32,815 nt of DNA, taken from contig CAYWNI010000001.1 in assembly GCA_964459525.1 (NCBI GenBank), forward strand, positions 1 to 32,815, in the 5' to 3' direction. Under the pieces are notes generated by a model. That model was not told the origin of the DNA, ran no database searches, and was given only the letters and a program-made list of their open reading frames with translations. Numbering within the stretch: position 1 is the first letter of the stretch; each line of letters opens with the position of its first letter. Made by a program: the position numbers and the translations under genes. Positions 24,190 through 32,815 of the stretch are shown piece after piece. The stretch comes from an uncultured Lentimicrobiaceae bacterium (GTDB lineage Bacteria > Bacteroidota > Bacteroidia > Bacteroidales > F082).

Positions 24190-24834
24190 CTAAAGCTGAA
24201 TAAGCTCTGATTTTATGGCATATATAACAAGTTGCGCCGTATTTTTCGATTGGGTTTTTTCTAATAATTTAGCGCGGTGGTTGTCAACAGTACGTTTGCT
24301 GATAAATAGTTTTTCTCCGATTTCTTGATTTGAGTACCCTGTGCATATAAGTTGCAGTATTTCGGTTTCGCGCGAGGTCAGGTCATTAACATTTTGTTTG
24401 TTGTTGATCTGGTGAATATTCCTGATTACTCCATACATAATATCTTCTGAAAAAAAATGATTCCCTGCTTTAACTTGTTCAATGGCATTAAGCAGAATTT
24501 CGGGATCTGCATCTTTTTGCAGAAAGCCAACTGCGCCAGATTCTATCATTTGGTAGTAATAATGTTGGTCGCCATGCATGGTAAGTGCAATAATGGATGC
24601 TTCGGGGTGGCTAGAAATAATTTTTTTTGTGGCTTCTATGCCATTCATTATAGGCATGTTAATGTCCATAAGAATTACATCAGGTAGTTTTTGTAAGCAG
24701 AAATTTACCGCCTCGCTTCCATTACAAACTTCTGCAATAGTGGTTTGAGGAAGGCATTTCCCTAAAAGTAATTTCAGCCCATTTCTGAAAAGGGTGTGGT
24801 CGTCAACTATGAGAATTGTTTCGGTGTGGTTCAT
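24190..24834 (-). CDS. NarL/LuxR-family response regulator (REC + LuxR HTH)
   Basis: ILIVDDH ... ILMDINMPIMNG for REC. LTSRETEILQLICTGYSNQEIGEKLFISKRTVDNHRAKLLEK for the LuxR HTH. Confidence 0.9.
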   Translation of the reverse strand: MNHTETILIVDDHTLFRNGLKLLLGKCLPQTTIAEVCNGSEAVNFCLQKLPDVILMDINMPIMNGIEATKKIISSHPEASIIALTMHGDQHYYYQMIESGAVGFLQKDADPEILLNAIEQVKAGNHFFSEDIMYGVIRNIHQINNKQNVNDLTSRETEILQLICTGYSNQEIGEKLFISKRTVDNHRAKLLEKTQSKNTAQLVIYAIKSELIQL

Positions 24835-25792
24835 TTTGTTTGGTGTTTATTTCAATTGTTACCATAACTCCGTCACCGGGCTGACTCTTCAAAACAAAAA
24901 GTCCATTGATGGAGTTAATTCTGCTTTGAATGGTGTGTAAACCCATGCCAAGCGGCTCACGTTTCATGGGGCTGTCGTAGTTAAATCCCTTTCCATCATC
25001 CTGATAAAGCAATAGTATTCTGTCGTTTTCCTGATGAAGGCTGATCATAACTTTGGTTGCTTCTGCATGCTTGAGTGCGTTGTTGATAAGTTCGCAAACC
25101 GCCCTGTATAAAATTACAGAAGCGTTTTTCCCAATGCCATGCTCATCGATAATGTTGCTAACAAACTCAATTTTGAAGTCAATAGCAGGTTGTGTTTTTC
25201 CGATGAATGACCGCAAAGCAGTTACCAGGCCAAAATCTTCAAGCACTGCCGGACTTAGATTGTACGAAATTTCCCTCAGACTGCGGATGGCCTCGCTAAC
25301 TGATTCGGTAATGTTTTTATGTAGCACCAGCTGGTCGGCAGTATATTTGTTGCCAACGGCCAATGTGTGCAGCGACATTTTTATCGAAGAAAGTAATGGC
25401 CCTATGCCATCATGTAGTTCATTAGCCATCCGTTTTCTTTCACGCTCTTCGGTGTTTATAATAGCACTTAGTACCTCTTTTTCAGATTTTTGTCGTATTT
25501 CTTGCATTTCAGCGATGTATTCAAATATTTTTTTCATGTAAAAAACCCCAACGACAATTAAAACGGAAATCAAAACGCCAAGCCAGTTGTTTAGCTGTGT
25601 AACACTTTCATTTTCATTTATTTTGTAATAGTCTATTAGTTCGATAAGCCGCCTGATGGCCATAACCGTAAGACCTATCGAGAGTAATATCCAGCTCGAT
25701 TTGTACTTGGAGCCTTTTATCAGGCTTATCACAATAGATACAGCAACTAGCTGAAGTGCGATGGACAATATAAGTGCTATGGTAGTTAACAT
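24803..25792 (-). CDS. membrane sensor histidine kinase, HisKA_3 (NarX/DesK-like) type
   Basis: Three N-terminal hydrophobic segments, H box ERKRMANELHDGIGPLLSS, HATPase_c (ELINNALKHA, DDGKGF, GMGLHTIQSR). The 3' end overlaps the response-regulator start by 32 nt. Confidence 0.85.
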   Translation of the reverse strand: MLTTIALILSIALQLVAVSIVISLIKGSKYKSSWILLSIGLTVMAIRRLIELIDYYKINENESVTQLNNWLGVLISVLIVVGVFYMKKIFEYIAEMQEIRQKSEKEVLSAIINTEERERKRMANELHDGIGPLLSSIKMSLHTLAVGNKYTADQLVLHKNITESVSEAIRSLREISYNLSPAVLEDFGLVTALRSFIGKTQPAIDFKIEFVSNIIDEHGIGKNASVILYRAVCELINNALKHAEATKVMISLHQENDRILLLYQDDGKGFNYDSPMKREPLGMGLHTIQSRINSINGLFVLKSQPGDGVMVTIEINTKQNEPHRNNSHS

Positions 25793-26105
25793 GTTAACGT
25801 TTTTTTAGAAACCTAGGACAAATGCCTTTCTAACGGAAACTTATTGGCTGATTTGGTGCGATAAGCGCATCCAAATACCAAACAAACAAAGATACTGAAA
25901 GTTAATGTGCTATGATATAAACGAAGCTAAACTGGTGCAAGTCGTTTGTAAAGTAATTCCCGATGTGTGAATTATAAAAAACAGATATACAGCGTGATGC
26001 ACTCACTATTTGTTTGTTGGGTAGGTATAAATACACATGTAAAAATGAGTTTTTGTACAGACTTATTCAAGTGTAACTGCTCTATAAATTGCTGATTTAC
26101 TGATC

Positions 26106-26113
26106 TAAATTTG
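26106..26113 (+). promoter_or_regulatory. putative -7 promoter box TAAATTTG for the pst operon
   Basis: TAnnTTTG match 17 nt upstream of ATG 26131. Confidence 0.4.
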
Positions 26114-26130
26114 CCGAAAAATTGTGCATT

Positions 26131-27126
26131 ATGATAAGATTAAGACTGAAAAGAACTATTCCTTTTTTGCTAATTGCGTTTTTTATTGGTTTGCTGTGGC
26201 TCATGCCGTCGTGCCATCAAAGCAATGCTAAAAAGAATGACCCGACACGTGGGGCTATTTCCATTTCGGGTGCGTTTGCTTTGTATCCCTTAACCGTTAT
26301 GTGGATTCAGGAATTTAACAAAACTTATCCCGATATACGCATTGACGTTAGCGCTGGAGGTGCTGGAAAAGGAATGGCAGATGTTCTGGCCGACATGGTT
26401 GATTTGGCTATGTTTTCGCGTGAAGTGCTTCCGATTGAAACTCAAAAAGGCGCTTGGCAGATAGCCGTTGCAAAAGATGCTGTAGTGGCGGTAATCAATG
26501 ACAAGAATCCATTTGCATCAGAAATATATGCCAATGGCTTTACCAGAGAAGAGCTTATTTTATTGTATACCAGCAATAAACCTTTAAAATGGCAGGATAT
26601 TTTACCTGTTGATAACACGGAGGATTTTATGCACGTCTACACACGATCAGATGCCTGTGGCGCTGCTCAAGTTTGGGCAAAGTACTTGGGTGTCAATCAG
26701 GAAAACCTAAATGGAATCGGCGTTTTTGGCGATCCTGGTATAGCCGATGCGGTGAAAAAAGATTTGTTGGGTTTTGGCTATAATAACATAGCCTATGTGT
26801 ATGATATTAAAAACTTGGGCGTTAGAGCCGGTTTGGAGATAGTGCCAATCGATAAAAATGGGAATGGTATTATTGATGAAGAGGAAGATTTCTATGGTTC
26901 ACTCGATGCGTTGCTGGCGGCCATACAGGACGGGCGATATCCTTCGCCACCTGCCCGCGAACTTTACTTTGTGTCCAATGGAATTCCCAAGAGTGAACAG
27001 GTAAAAACTTTCTTAAATTGGGTGCTTACTGATGGGCAGCGTTATATTGCACAAGCTGGTTATGTCCAGCTTACTGAAAGTCAGATCTCAGAGCAACTTC
27101 AAAATCTTCAGAATGCCAGCCATTAA
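26131..27126 (+). CDS. pstS: phosphate ABC transporter substrate-binding lipoprotein PstS
   Basis: Lipoprotein signal (LLWLMPSC), PBP-like fold motifs (ISISGAFALYPL, SAGGAGKGMADV), first gene of a pstSCAB cluster. ATG 26131 preferred over TTG 26122. Confidence 0.85.
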   Translation: MIRLRLKRTIPFLLIAFFIGLLWLMPSCHQSNAKKNDPTRGAISISGAFALYPLTVMWIQEFNKTYPDIRIDVSAGGAGKGMADVLADMVDLAMFSREVLPIETQKGAWQIAVAKDAVVAVINDKNPFASEIYANGFTREELILLYTSNKPLKWQDILPVDNTEDFMHVYTRSDACGAAQVWAKYLGVNQENLNGIGVFGDPGIADAVKKDLLGFGYNNIAYVYDIKNLGVRAGLEIVPIDKNGNGIIDEEEDFYGSLDALLAAIQDGRYPSPPARELYFVSNGIPKSEQVKTFLNWVLTDGQRYIAQAGYVQLTESQISEQLQNLQNASH

Positions 27127-28015
27127 ACTAACCCGATATAGAAAATTCCGGAATCTTTTCCATCAAACGTGGATGGTTGTTGCATTGCATATTGCTTTGG
27201 CTATTCCTTTGGTGTTGATACTTGGTCTCGTGGCCAAATCAACTATGCTATTTACTCATACATCTTTTTTAAGCATATTTTTTTCCTCCGATTGGCGACC
27301 TATGTCTGGGAATTTTGGGTTCTTGCCATTCATTATTAGCTCATTGTGGATTACGGTGTTGTCACTCATTATTTCAACTCCAATCTGTTTGCTTACGGCC
27401 ATGCATCTAACGCAATATGCAAAACCTGCCGTTCTGCGTTTAATGCACCCTGTTATCGATATTCTTGCGGGGATTCCTTCCGTAATTTTTGGTGTTTGGG
27501 GAATTCTTATCATTATTCCTTTTGTTGCCGATTATGTAGGCCCCTTTTTTGGAAAGCAAGTTTCGGGATACTCAATATTGGCAGGGGCTATTGTACTTTC
27601 TATAATGGTTGTTCCTTTTGTGCTCAATATGATGATCGACATGATGAAGGCAGTTCCTTTGGAGCTAAAAGAATCAGCTTATGCTCTTGGCGCGTCAAAA
27701 TGGCAAACCATTAAGTTTGTTGTGGTAAAAAAAGCTTTGCCTGGTATTATTTCAGCTTGTGGGCTTGGTTTGTCGCGGGCTTTTGGCGAAACCATTGCCG
27801 TGCTGATGGTGGTAGGAAATGTGGCCAAAATCCCCTCAGGTGTTTTTCAGCCGGGTTATCCGCTGCCCGCTTTAATAGCTAATAATTATGGCGAAATGTT
27901 GAGCATACCACTCTACGATTCAGCCCTTATGTTGGCCGCGCTTATTTTGCTCGTGGTGGTGTTGGTTTTTAATGTGCTTTCGCGATGGCTTATCCTCAAA
28001 ACAGAAACCTACTGA
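27113..28015 (+). CDS. pstC: phosphate ABC transporter permease PstC
   Basis: Multi-TM permease with an EAA-like loop (ESAYALGASKWQTIKFVVVKKALPGI). Start at M28 of the track ORF (ATG 27113), a 14-nt overlap with pstS. Confidence 0.85.
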   Translation: MPAIKLTRYRKFRNLFHQTWMVVALHIALAIPLVLILGLVAKSTMLFTHTSFLSIFFSSDWRPMSGNFGFLPFIISSLWITVLSLIISTPICLLTAMHLTQYAKPAVLRLMHPVIDILAGIPSVIFGVWGILIIIPFVADYVGPFFGKQVSGYSILAGAIVLSIMVVPFVLNMMIDMMKAVPLELKESAYALGASKWQTIKFVVVKKALPGIISACGLGLSRAFGETIAVLMVVGNVAKIPSGVFQPGYPLPALIANNYGEMLSIPLYDSALMLAALILLVVVLVFNVLSRWLILKTETY

Positions 28016-28017
28016 TA

Positions 28018-28854
28018 ATGAAACCTATAGTTACAGAAGAACGCGTTTTTCGGATACTGATGTTTTTATCCACGGTCTCTATTGCAACCTTATTGTTGCT
28101 AATTATTGTCAGCATCCTCTATACAGGCTTGCCCTATCTAAACATGACGATGCTTACTAGCATTCCTGAAGGTGGGTATTATTTTGGAGAATCAGGCGGA
28201 ATTCTGAATGCGATAATTGGATCACTCTATTTATCGTTTGGTTCGGTTATTTTGTCTTTTGTGGCAGGTCTTCCCATTGCCTTATACATGAACGTTTATT
28301 TGGTTAAACAGCAACATCTTGTCAATTTTATCAGGTTTGTATTTGATGTTTTGTGGGGAGTTCCTTCAGTTGTGTATGGTGCTTTTGGTTTTATGGTGAT
28401 GGTGTTTTTTGGCGTAAAAGCCTCACTGCTTGCAGGTATCATTACCATGAGTTTACTTATTCTGCCTATTATGGTTAGGGCGTTGGATGAGTCGTTAAAG
28501 TCTGTGCCTAGAGGACTTCTGGAGTCTGCTTTGTCTTTGGGGTCTACAAAATCTGAGATTTCTTACCGGATTTACAGCCGTGAGGCTTTCGGAGGTATTA
28601 TCACAGCCATATTGTTGAGCTTTGGCCGCGCTATTGGCGATGCAGCCTCGGTTATGTTTACCACCGGCTATACCGATTATGTGCCTGAATCGTTGATGCA
28701 GCCGGCAGCTACCTTGCCATTGGCTATATTCTACCAGTTGTCGTCACCTATTCCTGAAGTTCAGGGTAGAGCTTATGCTGCAGCTACAGTGCTTATTGTT
28801 ATTGTGTTGGTTGTTAGTTTGTTGTCAAGAGGTGTCGGTGCTCGGCGTCGTTAA
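28018..28854 (+). CDS. pstA: phosphate ABC transporter permease PstA
   Basis: Multi-TM permease with an EAA-like loop (ESALSLGSTKSEISYRIYSREAFGGI). ATG 28018 lies 2 nt after the pstC stop. Confidence 0.85.
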   Translation: MKPIVTEERVFRILMFLSTVSIATLLLLIIVSILYTGLPYLNMTMLTSIPEGGYYFGESGGILNAIIGSLYLSFGSVILSFVAGLPIALYMNVYLVKQQHLVNFIRFVFDVLWGVPSVVYGAFGFMVMVFFGVKASLLAGIITMSLLILPIMVRALDESLKSVPRGLLESALSLGSTKSEISYRIYSREAFGGIITAILLSFGRAIGDAASVMFTTGYTDYVPESLMQPAATLPLAIFYQLSSPIPEVQGRAYAAATVLIVIVLVVSLLSRGVGARRR

Positions 28855-28870
28855 TTTAAACTGTTTTAAA

Positions 28871-29626
28871 ATGGATGCTAAAATAATTGTCAAGGACTTA
28901 ACCCTGAAAATATATGATCAGTCTGTCTTAAAAAACATAAATGTAGCCATACCAAAAAATAAAATCACGGTCATTTTGGGGCCATCGGGTTGTGGCAAAA
29001 CCACTTTGCTTAAAACAATGAACCGTCTCTCTGATTTGATTCCTGGAGTACACACGAGTGGTGCGGTTTTTCTTGATGGTAAAAACATCATGAATAGCGG
29101 AATGGACTTGGTCGACATTAGGCAGAAGATGGGGCTTTTGGCGCAACGTCCTTATCCGCTGCCCATGAGTATATTCAACAACATTACTTTTGGATTGCGT
29201 ATTAGTGGCCGCTGCAAAAAGAAATTTCTTCACAAACGGGTAGAGCATTATTTGAAAATGGTAAACCTATGGGATGAGGTAAAGGATAGACTGAATGATC
29301 CGGCTTCTGGTTTGTCTATCGGGCAGCAACAACGCCTTTGTTTGGCGCGTGGGTTGGCTGTCGACCCAGAAATTATACTTGCTGATGAACCAACTTCAGC
29401 CCTCGACCCTATATCTAGCCATGCCATTGAAGAAAAATTTCTGGAACTCAAAAGCCAGTATACCATCGTAATGGTGACTCATATATTGCGTCAGGCCAAA
29501 CGGATGGCCGATTATATCATTTTTATGTATTTGGGCGAGGTTATCGAGTGTGGTACTCCTGATGAGTTATTTAACAACCCTGTTCATCCTTTCACCAAGT
29601 CTTACCTCAATGGTCAGTTTTATTAA
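28871..29626 (+). CDS. pstB: phosphate ABC transporter ATP-binding protein PstB
   Basis: Walker A GPSGCGKTT, signature LSIGQQQRLCLARGL, Walker B ILADEPTSALD. Start at ATG 28871 (MDAKIIVKDL). Confidence 0.9.
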   Translation: MDAKIIVKDLTLKIYDQSVLKNINVAIPKNKITVILGPSGCGKTTLLKTMNRLSDLIPGVHTSGAVFLDGKNIMNSGMDLVDIRQKMGLLAQRPYPLPMSIFNNITFGLRISGRCKKKFLHKRVEHYLKMVNLWDEVKDRLNDPASGLSIGQQQRLCLARGLAVDPEIILADEPTSALDPISSHAIEEKFLELKSQYTIVMVTHILRQAKRMADYIIFMYLGEVIECGTPDELFNNPVHPFTKSYLNGQFY

Positions 29627-29646
29627 TGATTCAATCTGATAAGTTT

Positions 29647-30963
29647 ATGAAAACTTTTAGTCTGTGGCGATTTTTGCTGTTGAGCTCTGTTTTTTTATTG
29701 GTTTCGGGAGTTGGGTTAGCTCAATTTGTATTTGAAGCTTCCATGCGCCCCAGAGCTGAATACCGATATGGATATAATGAGTTGGCGCAATCAGATAAAA
29801 AACCTGTTTTTACTATTTCGCAACGAACTCGATTGGGCGGTTTTTTTAGTTCCGATCGCGTTACGTTAAAAATAACCCTTCAGGATGTGCGTGTGTGGGG
29901 CGATGAAACTTTAGTGACGAGCTCAGGTGTTTTTGGCGATGCTGCAAGTATCGACCTTGCCGAAGCTTGGATGAAATTTGAAGTAACTGAAAGATTTTCT
30001 GTTACTTTAGGGCGTCAGACTCTTTCTTATGATGATGAACGTTTGTTGTCGAAAAGAAATTGGAATCAGTATGGTGTGTTTTACGATGCTGTTTTGTTGC
30101 AATATTCGACGGTCAAAACAAGTGTTAATTTTGGCGCTTCATACAATAATGCTACTGAAATGCTTTTTTTGAAGCCTTATAACCCAAAGAAAATGAAATT
30201 GTTGGGTTTTGTGCATCTCGAAAAAGAATTTCACGACTGGCTTTCGGTTTCGGTAGTAAGCATTTTCACCGGTTTTACTCCGAACGATACCTCTTTAAAT
30301 GTGTATGGGAAGCTTTCTTCTGGCGTAATACTTGAATACAACAAGCAACCGTGGTATTTTATGTCAGGTTTTTATTATCAGTTTGGTAAAGATGTAAGTA
30401 CGGACAATTGCTTGGTTGCTAACGCATATAACCTTAATTTTTTAGGCAGATACAAACATAGATATATTACATTGGAGTTGGGTTTATCACTTTTGTCGGG
30501 TGATAAGCTAGGTGATTTGGACAAGGGCAAAACCCATCTTTTTGATCTGCTTTATGGCGCACGTCACCGCTATTATGGGTATCTCGATTACTTTAGTAAT
30601 CTTGCTGTTTCTACCGGTCGCGGCGGGCTTAATGATGCTTTTTCTACTGTGGGGGTTGCTTTGAGCAAAAAAACAAACATCTTTTTATGTGGTCATTTGC
30701 TTTATCTAAACCGTTTTCCTGAAAAGTTAAAGACAAACCCGCAGATGCAATCGGATTTGTATCTCGCCACGGAGTTTGACTTTTGGCTAAAGACTGACTT
30801 TTGGAAACAGGTGAATCTGCAATCCGGTTATTCTATCATGATGCCAGGAAGTCGCTTAAAACAATTGCAAGGAGTTTCAGGAAAAGCTCCTTTGTCATCG
30901 TGGGCATGGCTTATGCTCACGGTTTCATTGAGCAGCAGCGAGAAAGCCCTATTTGTCGAGTAA
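29647..30963 (+). CDS. outer-membrane beta-barrel porin, alginate-export family-like (probable phosphate-associated porin)
   Basis: Signal peptide MKTFSLWRFLLLSSVFLLVSGVGLAQ. N-terminal pattern MRPRAEYRYGY...ISQRTRLG...LQDVRVWGDE is typical of the alginate_exp family. Immediately follows pstB. Confidence 0.7.
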   Translation: MKTFSLWRFLLLSSVFLLVSGVGLAQFVFEASMRPRAEYRYGYNELAQSDKKPVFTISQRTRLGGFFSSDRVTLKITLQDVRVWGDETLVTSSGVFGDAASIDLAEAWMKFEVTERFSVTLGRQTLSYDDERLLSKRNWNQYGVFYDAVLLQYSTVKTSVNFGASYNNATEMLFLKPYNPKKMKLLGFVHLEKEFHDWLSVSVVSIFTGFTPNDTSLNVYGKLSSGVILEYNKQPWYFMSGFYYQFGKDVSTDNCLVANAYNLNFLGRYKHRYITLELGLSLLSGDKLGDLDKGKTHLFDLLYGARHRYYGYLDYFSNLAVSTGRGGLNDAFSTVGVALSKKTNIFLCGHLLYLNRFPEKLKTNPQMQSDLYLATEFDFWLKTDFWKQVNLQSGYSIMMPGSRLKQLQGVSGKAPLSSWAWLMLTVSLSSSEKALFVE

Positions 30964-32328
30964 AGCTTTGAGGTCGTTGGTCAGCTTGTCTTTGCCCAGC
31001 GGTTTTGAAAGTATGGTTTTGTCTTTGTCAAGTATAAAAAGGGTGGGCGTTGCTACGATGCCGTATTTATTTACTACAGCACCTTCCCAACCATCAAGTT
31101 CACCAACATTGTGCCACATATATCCTCCCTTATTTATGGCCTGCCGAAGTTCTTCTTCCGATTCGTCGACAGAAACCGTGATCACATCAAATTCCTGACG
31201 ATTGGTTTCGTCGTAAAACGATTGAAGTATGGGCAATATTTCGTCGCAATGTGGACACCAGCTTGCCCAAAACACAAGAACAGTAGTTTTGGCCTGTATT
31301 GAGTCCAAAGTTAGTTTATTTCCTTCTAAATCAGTTGTTGAGAAAGAAGGCGCTTTTTGTCCCAAAGCCAGCTTGCGGATAAATTCGAGCTTGTTGCCAA
31401 GTTTTTCTTTTCGTTCGGTGTTTTCGCAAAACTCATCCAAACGGCTACTGTTGGCAATGTGTTCAAGCCCACGCTCAAAGCCGATTCCTTCAAAACCCTT
31501 AATCAGGAAATCGACCATAAACTCGTATGTAGGTTGACTATTTCGTGCTTTGTTAAGCACAGTGTCAACGGCAATCAAAAGGTTGTCTTCTAGCGCTTCC
31601 TGGCTTTCTGCATTGAATTGGTAGAGCGACAGGTATTGTACAACCTTGGAGGTAAGAAAACTGCTGTTTATAAGCAGCGTATCGTTAAAATCAACCTGAT
31701 CGAAATAATGTTGTTTTAGGTAATTATTTTCTTGTTCTTCCGAAAGGTTTAGCGGGGTGATTACAGGTTGGTCTGTTTTTATATACTTCGCGGCAAGTGT
31801 GTTGGGGTATTCTGTAATGATGTTTTCCACACGTTCGTCCAGTTGCTTTTTTAACTGCTTGTACTGGCCTGTGATAAGTTTGTAAAATGGGTCTTCATTG
31901 GGGTATTCCTTAACTAATGGTAGTAATAAATCCATTTTGTAAAGGTTTTGACCTTTTAAGAACAAGTAATCAAAATATATTAAATTTTCAACCGAACTAA
32001 TTATCTGTATGTCATCCTGACCACTAAACCCTGTGGTGGTAAAGGTTATATCTTCGTTGTTGTATATCAGTTCAACCGCTTTTCCCGGCCCGTAAATGGT
32101 GATATACATACCAATGGGGTTGTCTGTCGGGACAAGTTCAAAAGTAAATGCCCCAGTTTGGTCAGTGTGGGTGGTGTCGACAAGGCTACGGTTTTCACCC
32201 GAAACACGCATGAGGTAGACTTTTTCGTTAGCTAATCCGGCAAATGAGCCGTTAATGGTATTTTTTTCTTGGGCTTTTGCTGCTGTTACCGTAAAGAGCA
32301 ACAACAACACTGTAATAAATTCGCGCAT
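30949..32328 (-). CDS. secreted TlpA/ResA-like thiol-disulfide oxidoreductase with a large N-terminal accessory domain
   Basis: Signal peptide MREFITVLLLLFTVTAAKA. C-terminal thioredoxin fold with VLVFWASWCPHCDE (CxxC). Confidence 0.8.
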   Translation of the reverse strand: MREFITVLLLLFTVTAAKAQEKNTINGSFAGLANEKVYLMRVSGENRSLVDTTHTDQTGAFTFELVPTDNPIGMYITIYGPGKAVELIYNNEDITFTTTGFSGQDDIQIISSVENLIYFDYLFLKGQNLYKMDLLLPLVKEYPNEDPFYKLITGQYKQLKKQLDERVENIITEYPNTLAAKYIKTDQPVITPLNLSEEQENNYLKQHYFDQVDFNDTLLINSSFLTSKVVQYLSLYQFNAESQEALEDNLLIAVDTVLNKARNSQPTYEFMVDFLIKGFEGIGFERGLEHIANSSRLDEFCENTERKEKLGNKLEFIRKLALGQKAPSFSTTDLEGNKLTLDSIQAKTTVLVFWASWCPHCDEILPILQSFYDETNRQEFDVITVSVDESEEELRQAINKGGYMWHNVGELDGWEGAVVNKYGIVATPTLFILDKDKTILSKPLGKDKLTNDLKALLDK

Positions 32329-32475
32329 GTACTTTTTTTGCCAAAATTAAAAATTCTGATTGTAGGGTAGCGCCTTTTCGTAAATTTAGTTGTATTATTG
32401 TTTTGCTTTGGCGTCATTTACTGGATTAACTTGCCGTTAACGCGCTTGACATTTTTTTATCAGAAATAACCAGCT

Positions 32476-32815
32476 ATGGAACTCGTAAAAAGTAGTATAA
32501 ATGAACATATTGGCGTTATAACGTTGAACAACGAAACTAAGCGAAATGCATTGAGCTTAGCATTATTGCAAGAGCTTTGCGAAACGCTAGACCAAATGAA
32601 AAATGAGGAGGTTCGGGCTGTAGTTATTAAAAGTAACCCTGGAGCTAAAGTCTGGTCGGCAGGTTTGGATATTGAAGAATTGCCTGAACCGGGAAAAGAT
32701 CCTTTACCTTTTAACCATCCTTTGGAACGCGTTATGCGCCTGATTGAGGATTTGCCAGCTCCTGTAATCGCCATGGTTGAAGGAACTGTATGGGGAGGTG
32801 GTTGTGATATGGCGT
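32476..32815 (+). CDS. enoyl-CoA hydratase/isomerase (crotonase) family protein, 5' part only (runs off the window)
   Basis: Hand translation from ATG 32476: MELVKSSINEHIGVITLNNETKRNALSLALLQEL...VVIKSNPGAKVWSAGLDIEEL...PVIAMVEGTVWGGGCDMA. This is the typical crotonase fold. Absent from the ORF track because there is no stop in the window. Confidence 0.75.
   Translation, partial: MELVKSSINEHIGVITLNNETKRNALSLALLQELCETLDQMKNEEVRAVVIKSNPGAKVWSAGLDIEELPEPGKDPLPFNHPLERVMRLIEDLPAPVIAMVEGTVWGGGCDMA

Noticed and set aside
25875-26028. 17-nt imperfect inverted repeat (ATACCAAACAAACAAAG / CTATTTGTTTGTTGGGTAG region) flanking about 115 bp upstream of pstS, considered as an invertible promoter
   Set aside because: The arms are low-complexity CAAA/TTTG sequence with 3 mismatches. 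No TAnnTTTG box lies between them in either orientation. No invertase or recombinase gene is nearby.
1-32815. CRISPR arrays, rRNA genes, IS elements/transposases, prophage structural genes, reverse transcriptases
   Set aside because: Read through all intergenic regions and large ORFs. No regularly spaced short repeats, no transposase or integrase motifs and no rRNA-like segments were found.

Overview
The window looks like a Bacteroidota chromosomal segment. Support: a C25 peptidase with a T9SS C-terminal sorting domain, TAnnTTTG-type -7 boxes in front of many genes, and a CI/XRE-HTH + S24 LexA-like repressor. All calls come from reading the sequence and recognising motifs; no searches were run.

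Gene order:
(1) 1-6279: a tightly packed chemosensory-like operon of MCP, CheR, a histidine-kinase-like protein whose H-box His is replaced by Asn, CheD, CheB, and a REC-HisKA-HATPase-REC hybrid kinase. No CheA, CheW or CheY lies inside the window. The MCP frame is broken by a TAA at 31-33.
(2) 6280-8190: an AT-rich accessory stretch. It holds two ~250-bp direct repeats, each carrying a promoter-like box and a paralogous 42/43-codon ORF. One repeat precedes a small STAS-like ORF; the other precedes an antitoxin plus RelE/ParE toxin pair.
(3) A long-chain acyl-CoA ligase and tRNA-Ser(UGA) with its terminator.
(4) A compact SOS-type locus. The LexA-like repressor and an exonuclease/GIY-YIG fusion are transcribed divergently from a Y-family polymerase and a DnaE2-like polymerase. 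Two TGATT-N7-AATCA palindromes lie in the shared control region.
(5) Housekeeping and envelope genes: DUF2177 membrane protein, C25/T9SS peptidase, aroB, aroA, an orphan LutA-like protein, a NarL/LuxR-type two-component pair, pstSCAB plus an alginate-export-type porin, a TlpA-like thioredoxin protein, and the 5' part of an enoyl-CoA hydratase-family gene.

No CRISPR array, transposase, integrase or rRNA was seen. The two most unusual items are the CheA-less chemosensory operon with its His-less kinase and the duplicated promoter plus small-ORF modules.
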